The notes under the pieces: generated by a model
Database searches by the model: none
Seen by the model: the letters and a program-made list of their open reading frames with translations, nothing else
Told to the model about the DNA's origin: nothing
Made by a program: the position numbers and the translations under genes
Source: Eledone cirrhosa
Lineage: Eukaryota
Reading direction: 5' to 3'
NCBI GenBank assembly: GCA_964016885.1
Contig: OZ024741.1
Span: 314,154,001 to 314,218,000 of the forward strand
Length of the DNA: 64,000 bases
Part shown: positions 41,981-56,282 of the stretch, piece by piece
Numbering within the stretch: the stretch's first letter is position 1
Layout: each line of letters opens with the position of its first letter

Positions 41981-44900
41981 TGTCTTGGGTATGACATTAA
42001 ACTACATCCAGTGGCAAGGCTCCAGTTCGGGAGTTCAGGAGATATGGGGAATGTGGAGTTACCCCTTAGTTGTCATGACTCCCAGCTCTGCCCTGGCCCG
42101 GGGTGGTAGTACCTGTTAGGGCTCCATTTATGGGTTAAATAACTACCTTATTCGAGTGGCGCCGGTAAGGTATTGTCAGCCATTGAAAAGAAATATGGAG
42201 AGTCGATCTAACAGCACTAGGGTTAGAGCCCCTAATTACACTGTCAAGGAGCAGCCTGGTCGTTATGACTTTGCTGGCTTAGAGCCACAGAGAGGGCCAG
42301 TGGATGCTGGATCAGCTGTCTCTGAGACAAATATAAAGAATGCAGTTTTGTCCTGCAGAAGAGCCATCAAAATGGGCACTTTGAATGTGAGGACTATTCG
42401 GACGCTGGAGAAGAGAGAGGAGTTGGGACATCTGTTCGAGGAGACTGGTATACAGATACTTGCGATCCAAGAACACAGGATTCTACACGATGAGCCCGTG
42501 AGGAGTGTGATGATCGGGAGGAAGAGCCAGCTCATCACTACATCGGCAGTGAAGAACACAACAAATGCTGCAGTAGGAGGAGTGGGTTTTGTGTTCAGTG
42601 CAAAAACCAATCTGTTGGTGAGGGAAATAATGCCTATCTCCCCGCGAGTGTTGAGGGTGACCTTCAATGGAAACCCAAGACTGACAGTCATCTCAGCCTA
42701 TAGTCCAACCGAGGGGGACAGTGATGTGAATGCGGAAGAGTTCCATGAGGAGGTGTGTAGAGCAGTCAACACCACTCAGGCACACAATATCCTGCTTGTT
42801 TTGGGGGACTTCAATGCACATCTGAGTAAGGAGGGCAGTGAAGATCCTTGCTGGTACTTCCATAACAACACCAACCGAAATGGAAGACTACTGAGAGACA
42901 CCCTGCTGGAGGCGAACTTGATGGCGACCAACCTAGGGTTTAGGAAGAATCTGGGGAAGATGTGGACCTACATCTCAAATATGCACCTGTCCAAGTCCCA
43001 GATTGATTTCATTCTGGTGAGGAAAAAGTGGCGGAATAGTGTTCTGAACACGGAACCATACAGCTATTTCAGTACACTGGGTAGTGACCACCGGCTTGTT
43101 ATGAGTAAGGTCTGCGTGAGCTTAAGAAAGAGCAAGGCTTAGCCCCGGAGAACAATCTATGACTGGGGAGCTTTCAAGGAATATGATAAGCTACAGGAGA
43201 GGTTCACAGTGGAAGTGAGAAACAGGTTTAGTGCTCTGTGTGGAGAGTCAGAGGAGAGAGAGATTGCATGGACTGGGGAGAGTGTGACGAGGAGGTACGG
43301 GCACTTCACCAATGCAGTGGCGGAGGCAAGTGAAACCCTGGTGCCGAGGAAAAAGAACAAAGGAAGGCACGTCAGCTCTGCAAACCCAAAAGTGTGTGCA
43401 GCCAGAGAACACCTGAAAGCTGCCACGGACCAATGCTATGCTGATCCTACGGAGGAGAGGATGGAGACAGTGGAGATGATGAGGGAAGAGCTCTGTACCG
43501 CTTACACTGAGGTCAGAGAGGAGGCACTGATAGAGAAGATCAGAAGTGTGGAGAGAGCGGTTGACAGATCTGGATGTAAGGAGAGCTGGATGATTATCAA
43601 CGAGATCACAGGGAGGAAGAGGTGTTCGAGTCAGATCCAGGGAACGGGGCCCGAGGATAGGAAGAGGAAATGGCTAGACCATTTTAGGACCCTACTAGGA
43701 GAGCCACCCTCCACAGCCCAGAGCACTGGGGAGATCAGGCGGCTGTTTGAGGAACTGAATGTTGAGACAGAGCCCTTCACCAGAGAGGAGCTTCAGAGAG
43801 CCAAGAAGAAGATCAAGGAGGGCAAGGCTCGTGGAGAAGATGGAGTGGCATCAGAGGTGATGAAGAGGTGTGATTTTGATGATATCATCCTGGGGTTCTG
43901 TAACGGGGCACTGGAGAAAGGAGTTGCCTCGAATCAGTGGAGGATCAGTAACATCGTCCCAGTGCCAAAGAAGGGAGATCTCTCTAACACCAACAACTAC
44001 CGGGGGATCTCACTGACGTCACCTGTGGCAAAGACCCTCAACAGGATGATTCTTAACAGGATCCATCCTGAGATGGAGAAGAAGCTCAGGGACAACCAGA
44101 ACGGCTTCAGAGAGGGTAGATCAACCACCAGTCACATCCTGATGCTGAGGAGGATATTAGAGGGAGCTAAAGCAAAGTGCCTTCCCGCGGTCTTGGTTTT
44201 CATTGACTTTAGGAAGGCCTTTGATTCTGTGTACCGTTACTGCCTGATGAAGATCTTACAGGCTTATGGAATCCCCAAGAAGATAGTGAACCTTATATCA
44301 CTGCTCTACACCAACACCAAGGCCCAAGTCATTACACCTGATGGGATGACAGAGTTCTTTGAGATACTGGCTGGAGTGCTCCATGTAGATACATTGGCTC
44401 CCTACCTTTTTGTCATCGTAGTGGACTATTGTATGCGCCTTGCACTGGAGAAACACCAGGACTCTGGCTTTACTGTAGCACCGGCTCAGAGCAGGAGAGT
44501 TAGGGCGAATAAGGTATCGGGTGCTGAATTTGCCGACGACATAGTTTTGGTGACAAATACAGTGAAGGAGGCAGAGGATTTGATGCGGGAGGTTGAGCAC
44601 TTCCTGTATTTGGGAGCAGAGATTGGGAATACGGAAGATGATGTGTTTGAGAGGAAGAGCAAGGCCTGGGCGGCGTGCCACAGCTTGAGATCGGTGTGGA
44701 AGTCGGACCTTCGTAGAGACCTGAAAATCCGCCTCTTCATTGCTGTAGTGGAGTCTGTGCTGCTGTATGGGTCTGAGGCTTGGACACTGACCAAGAAACT
44801 CACTCAGATGGTGGATGGGTGCTACACGAGAATGCTGAGAATGGCTCTGAACATTAATCAGTACACACTGAGGATGAAAAACTCAGAGCTGTATGGGAGC

Positions 44901-45167
44901 ATCCCAAAAGTCAGCTCAAAAGTGACACAGAGGAGACTGAGATTAGCTGGACATGCTCACCGACATCCAGAGTTTACATTGCACTCAGTACTCCTTTGGG
45001 AGCCCCTACATGGACACGCTAGAAGAGGAAGACCAAGGTTAACGTATGTTGATGCCCTCAGGACAAACACTGGTCTGTTGGAGATGCAGGACATGGCAGC
45101 GATAATGAAGGACAGAGACCGCTGGAGTGAACTCGTCCATGGATCTCGGGAATTTTACCCGCCTTAG
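41981..45167 (+). mobile_element. Near full-length RTE-like LINE (single APE-RT ORF 42156-45167 with in-frame TAG at 43140 and a ~120-nt deletion near 44595), flanked by (TA)n
   Basis: GTLNVRT, IQEHR, AYSPT, LGDFNAH, GSDH; NYRGISL, QNGFR, FIDFRKAFD, FADD, LAGH; ORFs 42156 and 43209 are in the same frame. Confidence 0.92.
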
Positions 45168-45992
45168 ATATATATATATATATAACTAATAAATAGGGAG
45201 ATGTTTAAATTATAGTCAGAAGTTTCGAAAGAGGGATCAATATTGCAGATATATTATCCATTTAATGAACGATAGTACCGTAAATTAGAATGGAGGGTAA
45301 ATTATAGTATGAGAAGTAGTAATTAGGCAAATAATTAGTTAATATCTTCTTCTATCACACGAATCAAACCAAAACAAAAAGTACAGAGATGCAAAATGAG
45401 AAAGGGGACATATATCAGGAAAAATATGCGAGGAAGATAAACTGAGACCGGTTGCATCTCAATAGGTAATGTAAAATACACTCTCAGATTATACATATAG
45501 TTATTCGCTTCAATACAACACACGTAAGCGGGTTACGATAGTAGTTCCCAAACTCGAGTTTCTGCCACACTTGATACAGCAGTAGGGTGCACTGCAGTCT
45601 CTGTCCGCATATATTATGCGACAATACATAATTGGCGCATGTGGCTTGATCAGCGGGTTTCGACTAATCAATAACAAATCGATTCGCAGAATTTGATTCC
45701 AGTCTGTGCTGGCTATGGCTGCTTGTGACGGTCAACACGCTAAAGTGATTAGCAAGTGCGATTGATACAATGTTGTCCCCCGATATATATATATATATAT
45801 ATATGTAGATAAATCTACCAAGAGTTTACGGTAGTGTCCAATCCGTATGAAGAACTCAATGTATTCCGGATATCATGGAAAGAAGAGATGTAATGAAAAT
45901 CCAATTTCGGTGAAAGATGAACGGTATACAGAGTCAAGATAAAATATTAAACAAATAATGAACAAACAATTCCTTATATTAAACAAAAAAAG

Positions 45993-46147
45993 TTCACTAT
46001 TTAACGATCGTTTCTAGGGTATATATGTGTTATAATTGGTATGCATATTTAACAGATCTATGTACAAAATTATACAAAATTATACAAATTATCAAGATTA
46101 AATATACATACCTAACTCATATATACGCCGTCTTCAGAAATAATGAA
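45993..46147 (-). ncRNA. Hammerhead ribozyme with giant stem II (mirror copy)
   Basis: Reverse complement of 56283-56437. Confidence 0.75.
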
Positions 46148-46920
46148 GTATATTTATTGATAATAACAACAATTCAAAATATCAGTTCAAAATTGACCAA
46201 TGAAAACACAAAGGGTTAAAAAGCAGTTTGGTGTGTGTATATACATGTAAAACCCCACACACATTTTACAATAATGTGTGTATAATCTGTATGTGCATAC
46301 TAAAAAGATGGATGCAAATAAAAAAATTTCAAGGTTAATATCTCTGTAAGCTTAATGCGCTGATAAGATACGCAATGATACTTATGGAGTCAAGCATATA
46401 AATATATTTTTTTCATACTCACACATATCAGTATAATCACACATACATGTGCGTATATATATAAATATACACATAACCACGAACACACAAACACACACAC
46501 TCCCCCACTCACATTTATATATGTGGATATAAAATCATAAGCAAATAGAAATTAAGTCACTCACATAAACACACTGGTACACACATTTCAAGATCAAGAT
46601 ACAGAAATTAGGTGGGAGGGGGGGGGGGGAGGGGTCAGTATTAGACTGTCAGACCAGACAACCTTAATATAAATGTATCTATAAATTATGAAAAATAAAA
46701 AAATAAAAACAATAAAATATAATACATATAATATAATGTACATACGCATACAGATATACATACACATACATACATGTACGCGCACATAGAGATATCTATA
46801 CATACATACATACACACATACCTATATTGTCATACACACACATACATTTACACGAACATACACATACACATATAAAAAGATATAAATACAGACACACACA
46901 CGCGCAACACATACATACAT

Positions 46921-46975
<55 letters not shown>

Positions 46976-47086
46976 TATACACACACACGTAGACTCATAT
47001 ATATATACACATACATATACATACATTTATACACAAACATATATATCCCACACTCATACCACCATAAAAACACATACAAACATCCA

Positions 47087-47131
<45 letters not shown>

Positions 47132-47349
47132 ACATACACACACGTACACACATATGTATATATACATACATATATACACACATACACATATATATATACA
47201 CACACACACATAAAATACAGACATGCACATATATATATATATATATATATTTCATTACTCTTATATATACACATAGTATATATACATACACAACCTCACT
47301 TATACACATATACACATAAGTTATATTACAATAATAATAAAGAATAATA

Positions 47350-47381
<32 letters not shown>

Positions 47382-47530
47382 CATATATATACACACATAT
47401 ACACACATACATACACATACATACACATACATACATACATACACATACATACATACACCTAAATATAAACATATATAAATACACACATACGAATAAAGAC
47501 ATATATTCACACATAGACACCTATATACAC

Positions 47531-47564
<34 letters not shown>

Positions 47565-47594
47565 CTATATACACACACATACACATACATACAC

Positions 47595-47634
<40 letters not shown>

Positions 47635-49418
47635 GCACACACATACAGACACACATACACACTCACATATATATATATATATATATATATGTGTATGTGA
47701 GTGTGCGCAAACACATATATATACACACATACACACACACATACAAACACACACAAACTCATACATATGCATACGTACACACACACACACATATATCACA
47801 TAGATACGAAGATAAACATATAAATAGAGAGACATACAAATATATACAGAACCCATATACACATACATACAAACACGCATATACATATATATACATATAT
47901 ACACACATATATATTCCTATATACAAGCATACACATACACACACATATATACATATACATACACATATACATACCACACATTCACATACACGTACATATA
48001 TACTACATATATATACATATATATACATACATATGTATGTACAATCATATATACACACTCAATCTTACATTAATATTTACATGCTCATATATGTATTTTT
48101 ATATTTAGAAATAAGTACCAAAAAAACTATATAGACACCCATCTACACATATATTCATACATATACACTTACAAAAACAGATGATAATAGTATGGGGGAA
48201 AGGGGGGGTTTGGAGAAGGGGATCAAAGTAAATATATGTTTCAAGAAACATATAATATTTTCCATATCTTAATTCAATGTATGTTCCTACATATTTTCAG
48301 TGCTAGGAAATACGAAATCTATGCATCACAAAATAAAAAAGTATACTATTAATCATATGTCAACTAAACCAAAGATAGTCAACATATTGATTTCCAAGGT
48401 GTAAATTAGTTAGGTTTATAATATTTGAGGCAGAATTATGAAGTCAAACAGTAGTAGATTATTAATTACATTATAACTAAATTAAAGTTAATAACGTTAT
48501 GGTATCAATATTAGGAGATGAATTTAGTAATAGGGAAAAGAAACCCAAATAAAAATAAAATAAAGTATTACATCGGTAGTAGCATATAAATTATATGTTA
48601 ACTAAGTTAAAAATTATATATTTATTTCAATAGTATATGTTAATTAGTATATGTTAATTAGGTATACAATACATAAAGCAGATATTGTATTTCATCAATA
48701 GCATAATATAATTATATGCAAATAAAAATCAAAATTAATACGCATACATATACATATACATACACATACACATACATATACATATACATACACATATATA
48801 TATATATATATACATATACATACACATACATACATATATAGTCACATAAATATACATACAGATACACATACAACACACACATATACATATACATATAGAT
48901 ATACATATCTTTTTCAAAAAATTTGCACAGAATATATTAACTAGGTATATATCCAAAAACACCTCACATTCTATGATTACATGACATTCTGCAATTCGTC
49001 TGTACAAGGATACTAATTTTAAGCAAATTAAAGTTAAAATTAAAGTTTTAGGTTGATTAAAGCTAAAACCAAATAATAAATATATTTACAAAATGTATAT
49101 TAATTAGGTCAATAATACTAAAAATTCTTTCTCCGTCATAGGATACATGATATTATTTTGTTATATTTTATCTGTAAAAGAATTATAATAAAAAAAATTA
49201 TAATAAAAGGTTAAACTAAATTGAAAAATTATAATAAAAGGTTAAAATAAGTTAAAATTAATCTATAAATTAAATTACTGAATATAAATTAGTAATATTT
49301 AAAGGTTTTTCAAAATTAATGATTACATAATATTTTCTCATCTGTAATGAAATATTAATTAAATTAAATTTATAGGTTAACTAACATTTAAATTAAATTA
49401 AATTCTAGAATAATGTTA

Positions 49419-50921
49419 TTAATTAGGTTTATAATATTTAAATGTTTTTTTTAGTTTATGATTACACGATATAATTAATTCCTGTCTTTTATTTAATAAG
49501 ATATCCCTAGACTTCATTATTTCAAATAGTTCTTGGGAACATAATCTACATTCCTTTCTATTATTTTGATAAGGGGTGGCTCTTTTGAGCACACTCCAGG
49601 TCAAATCATATTTTATATTTTTATTTTTATAACTATTGATTTTTTCTGCTAGAGATGTTGTATTAGCCAGTGCGGCATTTTTAAAGCTATGTTTGTGGGT
49701 ATTATATCTTGTCTTAAAATTGTTAGAGGTAGCTCCTATATATGAGCAAATAGAATCTTTAGTTTTAACATTACATTTATAGACTATGTTGTTAACAAGA
49801 CAATTCCCTTTTAATGGGCAGTTTGTTTTGTTTCTACAGTTACATCCTTTCGTTAATTCTGTATTTGAGGAGATATTATTGTTAATTTGATGTACTGGTG
49901 GTATACTTATAGTTTTCTTACATTTATATGCATTATATGCACTTATATTTTGTTTTATGTTATTTGTTGTAGAATATGAGAATTTAACTGTAGACCTATT
50001 TAAGATTTGATGGTATTTGTGGTTTGGCGGGAAGTTTTTCTCAAGGATATAAAAAAATTTTTTAGCAATATTATCCTTAACTTGTAAATTAAAAGGAGCA
50101 TTATACCAAGTAACTCGTCTATTACGGTTTCTATGTTGTTTATTATTTTTATTATTTTTATATGTTGTATCATGATTTTTACTAGGAGGAATAATGTTAA
50201 TGATCTCACCACAACTATTTTTAGTTATATTTGTAGATTTAGGTGTTTTATCTTTTTTATTAGGAGTTTTATTATTAATATTTATTATAGTCTTATGATG
50301 AGTAGTTTTTTGAGGGTTACTATACTTTATATTAAAAGATTTAGTATTTTGGGGTATACTGTGGGTGGCATTTAGGTGTGTACTTTTCATTTGGTGTTTG
50401 TTGGTAATATTATGCTGTATGCTTTCAGTATTTTTAGTAGAAGGTATATACTCTAATCTATTTTTGTGGCCACTTCTATCTAGAGCTTCATTATAAAAGG
50501 TCGCATTTTTATCAAATACATCTTGGTTAGAAGAAAGGTTAGAAATTCTAAGTGATATATTATATGCAAGGTTTTTAAGGATAGATTTAGGGTGATTAGA
50601 TTGTGAGTGTATGTAATGTAAGTTTTGGTTAGGTTTATGGTAAGGTTGGTATATACCCGTAGCTAAATCTAAAGTTATATCTAGGAAATTTACTACTTTA
50701 CTTGTTTTTTCAAAAGTAATATTAAGATTATAATAGTCTTTAAGGAAAGTTCTAATATGCTTTTTGTTTTTTTCGATTTCTGAAAGGCTAAGGTTGTTAG
50801 AAAGAAGAAGACAGTCATCACGATATAAACCACCTTTGAGGTGGGGAAAAGAGGCATTTATGTTGAAAAGGAGAAAGAGGCCCACAAGATCAGTAATTTG
50901 GGCAGAATCGCTTGAACCCAT
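49419..50921 (-). CDS. 5'-truncated PLE RT/GIY-YIG ORF, left arm (frame homologous up to 51125)
   Basis: MGSSDSAQ, GGLYRDD, FLDITL, WYNAPF, CNCRNKTNCPLKGNCL, IVYKC..YIG, CRLC, LNKRQELIISCNH; no stops. Confidence 0.85.
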   Translation of the reverse strand: MGSSDSAQITDLVGLFLLFNINASFPHLKGGLYRDDCLLLSNNLSLSEIEKNKKHIRTFLKDYYNLNITFEKTSKVVNFLDITLDLATGIYQPYHKPNQNLHYIHSQSNHPKSILKNLAYNISLRISNLSSNQDVFDKNATFYNEALDRSGHKNRLEYIPSTKNTESIQHNITNKHQMKSTHLNATHSIPQNTKSFNIKYSNPQKTTHHKTIININNKTPNKKDKTPKSTNITKNSCGEIINIIPPSKNHDTTYKNNKNNKQHRNRNRRVTWYNAPFNLQVKDNIAKKFFYILEKNFPPNHKYHQILNRSTVKFSYSTTNNIKQNISAYNAYKCKKTISIPPVHQINNNISSNTELTKGCNCRNKTNCPLKGNCLVNNIVYKCNVKTKDSICSYIGATSNNFKTRYNTHKHSFKNAALANTTSLAEKINSYKNKNIKYDLTWSVLKRATPYQNNRKECRLCSQELFEIMKSRDILLNKRQELIISCNHKLKKTFKYYKPN

Positions 50922-51125
50922 AGTAATATCAAAAAGATTACTATAAGTGTTTCTGGTCCAGTATTCATTCTGAAATTCAATAAGTGTTTGTCTAGCATGT
51001 GTAATAATGTTAATGTCATCCGAAGTTAAACTAGATCTATTTTTAGCAAATATTAATGCTTTGTTCAGGAGTATGGGTGATATAGAAGAATAATAATTAT
51101 CTATATCAAACTGTAGGAAAGAAGC

Positions 51126-53012
51126 AACTTTAACTCTAATCCTTCTATTAGACTTATATGTCCCTCCAAATCAGATATTGGAATAATTAGCAAAAAAATT
51201 TTAGATAGAGTCATCCCACAAATAAGAAAATACGTTATTTTACCACTCTGGGAAAACACCTCCCAGGTAATTAATTGGTTTAAAAATATTAGGTGTAAAT
51301 CTTCTGCTTCTTTCCTACAGTTTGATATAGATAATTATTATTCTTCTATATCACCCATACTCCTGAACAAAGCATTAATATTTGCTAAAAATAGATCTAG
51401 TTTAACTTCGGATGACATTAACATTATTACACATGCTAGACAAACACTTATTGAATTTCAGAATGAATACTGGACCAGAAACACTTATAGTAATCTTTTT
51501 GATATTACTATGGGTTCAAGCGATTCTGCCCAAATTACTGATCTTGTGGGCCTCTTTCTCCTTTTCAACATAAATGCCTCTTTTCCCCACCTCAAAGGTG
51601 GTTTATATCGTGATGACTGTCTTCTTCTTTCTAACAACCTTAGCCTTTCAGAAATCGAAAAAAACAAAAAGCATATTAGAACTTTCCTTAAAGACTATTA
51701 TAATCTTAATATTACTTTTGAAAAAACAAGTAAAGTAGTAAATTTCCTAGATATAACTTTAGATTTAGCTACGGGTATATACCAACCTTACCATAAACCT
51801 AACCAAAACTTACATTACATACACTCACAATCTAATCACCCTAAATCTATCCTTAAAAACCTTGCATATAATATATCACTTAGAATTTCTAACCTTTCTT
51901 CTAACCAAGATGTATTTGATAAAAATGCGACCTTTTATAATGAAGCTCTAGATAGAAGTGGCCACAAAAATAGATTAGAGTATATACCTTCTACTAAAAA
52001 TACTGAAAGCATACAGCATAATATTACCAACAAACACCAAATGAAAAGTACACACCTAAATGCCACCCACAGTATACCCCAAAATACTAAATCTTTTAAT
52101 ATAAAGTATAGTAACCCTCAAAAAACTACTCATCATAAGACTATAATAAATATTAATAATAAAACTCCTAATAAAAAAGATAAAACACCTAAATCTACAA
52201 ATATAACTAAAAATAGTTGTGGTGAGATCATTAACATTATTCCTCCTAGTAAAAATCATGATACAACATATAAAAATAATAAAAATAATAAACAACATAG
52301 AAACCGTAATAGACGAGTTACTTGGTATAATGCTCCTTTTAATTTACAAGTTAAGGATAATATTGCTAAAAAATTTTTTTATATCCTTGAGAAAAACTTC
52401 CCGCCAAACCACAAATACCATCAAATCTTAAATAGGTCTACAGTTAAATTCTCATATTCTACAACAAATAACATAAAACAAAATATAAGTGCATATAATG
52501 CATATAAATGTAAGAAAACTATAAGTATACCACCAGTACATCAAATTAACAATAATATCTCCTCAAATACAGAATTAACGAAAGGATGTAACTGTAGAAA
52601 CAAAACAAACTGCCCATTAAAAGGGAATTGTCTTGTTAACAACATAGTCTATAAATGTAATGTTAAAACTAAAGATTCTATTTGCTCATATATAGGAGCT
52701 ACCTCTAACAATTTTAAGACAAGATATAATACCCACAAACATAGCTTTAAAAATGCCGCACTGGCTAATACAACATCTCTAGCAGAAAAAATCAATAGTT
52801 ATAAAAATAAAAATATAAAATATGATTTGACCTGGAGTGTGCTCAAAAGAGCCACCCCTTATCAAAATAATAGAAAGGAATGTAGATTATGTTCCCAAGA
52901 ACTATTTGAAATAATGAAGTCTAGGGATATCTTATTAAATAAAAGACAGGAATTAATTATATCGTGTAATCATAAACTAAAAAAAACATTTAAATATTAT
53001 AAACCTAATTAA
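51126..53012 (+). CDS. 5'-truncated PLE RT/GIY-YIG ORF, right arm (open through the spacer, first ATG 51510)
   Basis: Spacer reads in frame NFNSNPSIRLICPSKSDIG..LWENT..QFDIDNYYSSI, homologous to the 30340 ORF; uninterrupted to TAA 53012. Confidence 0.88.
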   Translation, partial: NFNSNPSIRLICPSKSDIGIISKKILDRVIPQIRKYVILPLWENTSQVINWFKNIRCKSSASFLQFDIDNYYSSISPILLNKALIFAKNRSSLTSDDINIITHARQTLIEFQNEYWTRNTYSNLFDITMGSSDSAQITDLVGLFLLFNINASFPHLKGGLYRDDCLLLSNNLSLSEIEKNKKHIRTFLKDYYNLNITFEKTSKVVNFLDITLDLATGIYQPYHKPNQNLHYIHSQSNHPKSILKNLAYNISLRISNLSSNQDVFDKNATFYNEALDRSGHKNRLEYIPSTKNTESIQHNITNKHQMKSTHLNATHSIPQNTKSFNIKYSNPQKTTHHKTIININNKTPNKKDKTPKSTNITKNSCGEIINIIPPSKNHDTTYKNNKNNKQHRNRNRRVTWYNAPFNLQVKDNIAKKFFYILEKNFPPNHKYHQILNRSTVKFSYSTTNNIKQNISAYNAYKCKKTISIPPVHQINNNISSNTELTKGCNCRNKTNCPLKGNCLVNNIVYKCNVKTKDSICSYIGATSNNFKTRYNTHKHSFKNAALANTTSLAEKINSYKNKNIKYDLTWSVLKRATPYQNNRKECRLCSQELFEIMKSRDILLNKRQELIISCNHKLKKTFKYYKPN

Positions 53013-54796
53013 TAACATTATTCTAGAATTTAATTTAATTTAAATGTTAGTTAACCTATAAATTTAATTTAATTAATATTTCATTACAGATGAGAAAATA
53101 TTATGTAATCATTAATTTTGAAAAACCTTTAAATATTACTAATTTATATTCAGTAATTTAATTTATAGATTAATTTTAACTTATTTTAACCTTTTATTAT
53201 AATTTTTCAATTTAGTTTAACCTTTTATTATAATTTTTTTTATTATAATTCTTTTACAGATAAAATATAACAAAATAATATCATGTATCCTATGACGGAG
53301 AAAGAATTTTTAGTATTATTGACCTAATTAATATACATTTTGTAAATATATTTATTATTTGGTTTTAGCTTTAATCAACCTAAAACTTTAATTTTAACTT
53401 TAATTTGCTTAAAATTAGTATCCTTGTACAGACGAATTGCAGAATGTCATGTAATCATAGAATGTGAGGTGTTTTTGGATATATACCTAGTTAATATATT
53501 CTGTGCAAATTTTTTGAAAAAGATATGTATATCTATATGTATATGTATATGTGTGTGTTGTATGTGTATCTGTATGTATATTTATGTGACTATATATGTA
53601 TGTATGTGTATGTATATGTATATATATATATATATATGTGTATGTATATGTATATGTATGTGTATGTGTATGTATATGTATATGTATGCGTATTAATTTT
53701 GATTTTTATTTGCATATAATTATATTATGCTATTGATGAAATACAATATCTGCTTTATGTATTGTATACCTAATTAACATATACTAATTAACATATACTA
53801 TTGAAATAAATATATAATTTTTAACTTAGTTAACATATAATTTATATGCTACTACCGATGTAATACTTTATTTTATTTTTATTTGGGTTTCTTTTCCCTA
53901 TTACTAAATTCATCTCCTAATATTGATACCATAACGTTATTAACTTTAATTTAGTTATAATGTAATTAATAATCTACTACTGTTTGACTTCATAATTCTG
54001 CCTCAAATATTATAAACCTAACTAATTTACACCTTGGAAATCAATATGTTGACTATCTTTGGTTTAGTTGACATATGATTAATAGTATACTTTTTTATTT
54101 TGTGATGCATAGATTTCGTATTTCCTAGCACTGAAAATATGTAGGAACATACATTGAATTAAGATATGGAAAATATTATATGTTTCTTGAAACATATATT
54201 TACTTTGATCCCCTTCTCCAAACCCCCCCTTTCCCCCATACTATTATCATCTGTTTTTGTAAGTGTATATGTATGAATATATGTGTAGATGGGTGTCTAT
54301 ATAGTTTTTTTGGTACTTATTTCTAAATATAAAAATACATATATGAGCATGTAAATATTAATGTAAGATTGAGTGTGTATATATGATTGTACATACATAT
54401 GTATGTATATATATGTATATATATGTAGTATATATGTACGTGTATGTGAATGTGTGGTATGTATATGTGTATGTATATGTATATATGTGTGTGTATGTGT
54501 ATGCTTGTATATAGGAATATATATGTGTGTATATATGTATATATATGTATATGCGTGTTTGTATGTATGTGTATATGGGTTCTGTATATATTTGTATGTC
54601 TCTCTATTTATATGTTTATCTTCGTATCTATGTGATATATGTGTGTGTGTGTGTACGTATGCATATGTATGAGTTTGTGTGTGTTTGTATGTGTGTGTGT
54701 ATGTGTGTATATATATGTGTTTGCGCACACTCACATACACATATATATATATATATATATATATGTGAGTGTGTATGTGTGTCTGTATGTGTGTGC

Positions 54797-54836
<40 letters not shown>

Positions 54837-54866
54837 GTGTATGTATGTGTATGTGTGTGTATATAG

Positions 54867-54900
<34 letters not shown>

Positions 54901-55049
54901 GTGTATATAGGTGTCTATGTGTGAATATATGTCTTTATTCGTATGTGTGTATTTATATATGTTTATATTTAGGTGTATGTATGTATGTGTATGTATGTAT
55001 GTATGTGTATGTATGTGTATGTATGTGTGTATATGTGTGTATATATATG

Positions 55050-55081
<32 letters not shown>

Positions 55082-55299
55082 TATTATTCTTTATTATTAT
55101 TGTAATATAACTTATGTGTATATGTGTATAAGTGAGGTTGTGTATGTATATATACTATGTGTATATATAAGAGTAATGAAATATATATATATATATATAT
55201 ATGTGCATGTCTGTATTTTATGTGTGTGTGTGTATATATATATGTGTATGTGTGTATATATGTATGTATATATACATATGTGTGTACGTGTGTGTATGT

Positions 55300-55348
<49 letters not shown>

Positions 55349-55459
55349 TGGATGTTTGTATGTGTTTTTATGGTGGTATGAGTGTGGGATATATATGTTT
55401 GTGTATAAATGTATGTATATGTATGTGTATATATATATGAGTCTACGTGTGTGTGTATA

Positions 55460-55508
<49 letters not shown>

Positions 55509-56282
55509 ATGTATGTATGTGTTGCGCGTGTGTGTGTCTGTATTTATATCTTTTTATATGTGTATGTGTATGTTCGTGTAAATGTATGTGTGTGTATGAC
55601 AATATAGGTATGTGTGTATGTATGTATGTATAGATATCTCTATGTGCGCGTACATGTATGTATGTGTATGTATATCTGTATGCGTATGTACATTATATTA
55701 TATGTATTATATTTTATTGTTTTTATTTTTTTATTTTTCATAATTTATAGATACATTTATATTAAGGTTGTCTGGTCTGACAGTCTAATACTGACCCCTC
55801 CCCCCCCCCCCCTCCCACCTAATTTCTGTATCTTGATCTTGAAATGTGTGTACCAGTGTGTTTATGTGAGTGACTTAATTTCTATTTGCTTATGATTTTA
55901 TATCCACATATATAAATGTGAGTGGGGGAGTGTGTGTGTTTGTGTGTTCGTGGTTATGTGTATATTTATATATATACGCACATGTATGTGTGATTATACT
56001 GATATGTGTGAGTATGAAAAAAATATATTTATATGCTTGACTCCATAAGTATCATTGCGTATCTTATCAGCGCATTAAGCTTACAGAGATATTAACCTTG
56101 AAATTTTTTTATTTGCATCCATCTTTTTAGTATGCACATACAGATTATACACACATTATTGTAAAATGTGTGTGGGGTTTTACATGTATATACACACACC
56201 AAACTGCTTTTTAACCCTTTGTGTTTTCATTGGTCAATTTTGAACTGATATTTTGAATTGTTGTTATTATCAATAAATATAC

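Noticed and set aside
46594-48906. Many long ORFs rich in YI/CV/HT (also at 0.5, 11.2, 26-27, 38-39, 53.4-55.9, 61.4 and 63 kb)
   Set aside because: Translations of dinucleotide microsatellites, which lack stop codons; no coding signal
49419-53012. Naiad/Chlamys-type or selenoprotein PLE
   Set aside because: The endonuclease is C-terminal and there is no in-frame UGA; fits the Hydra-like type
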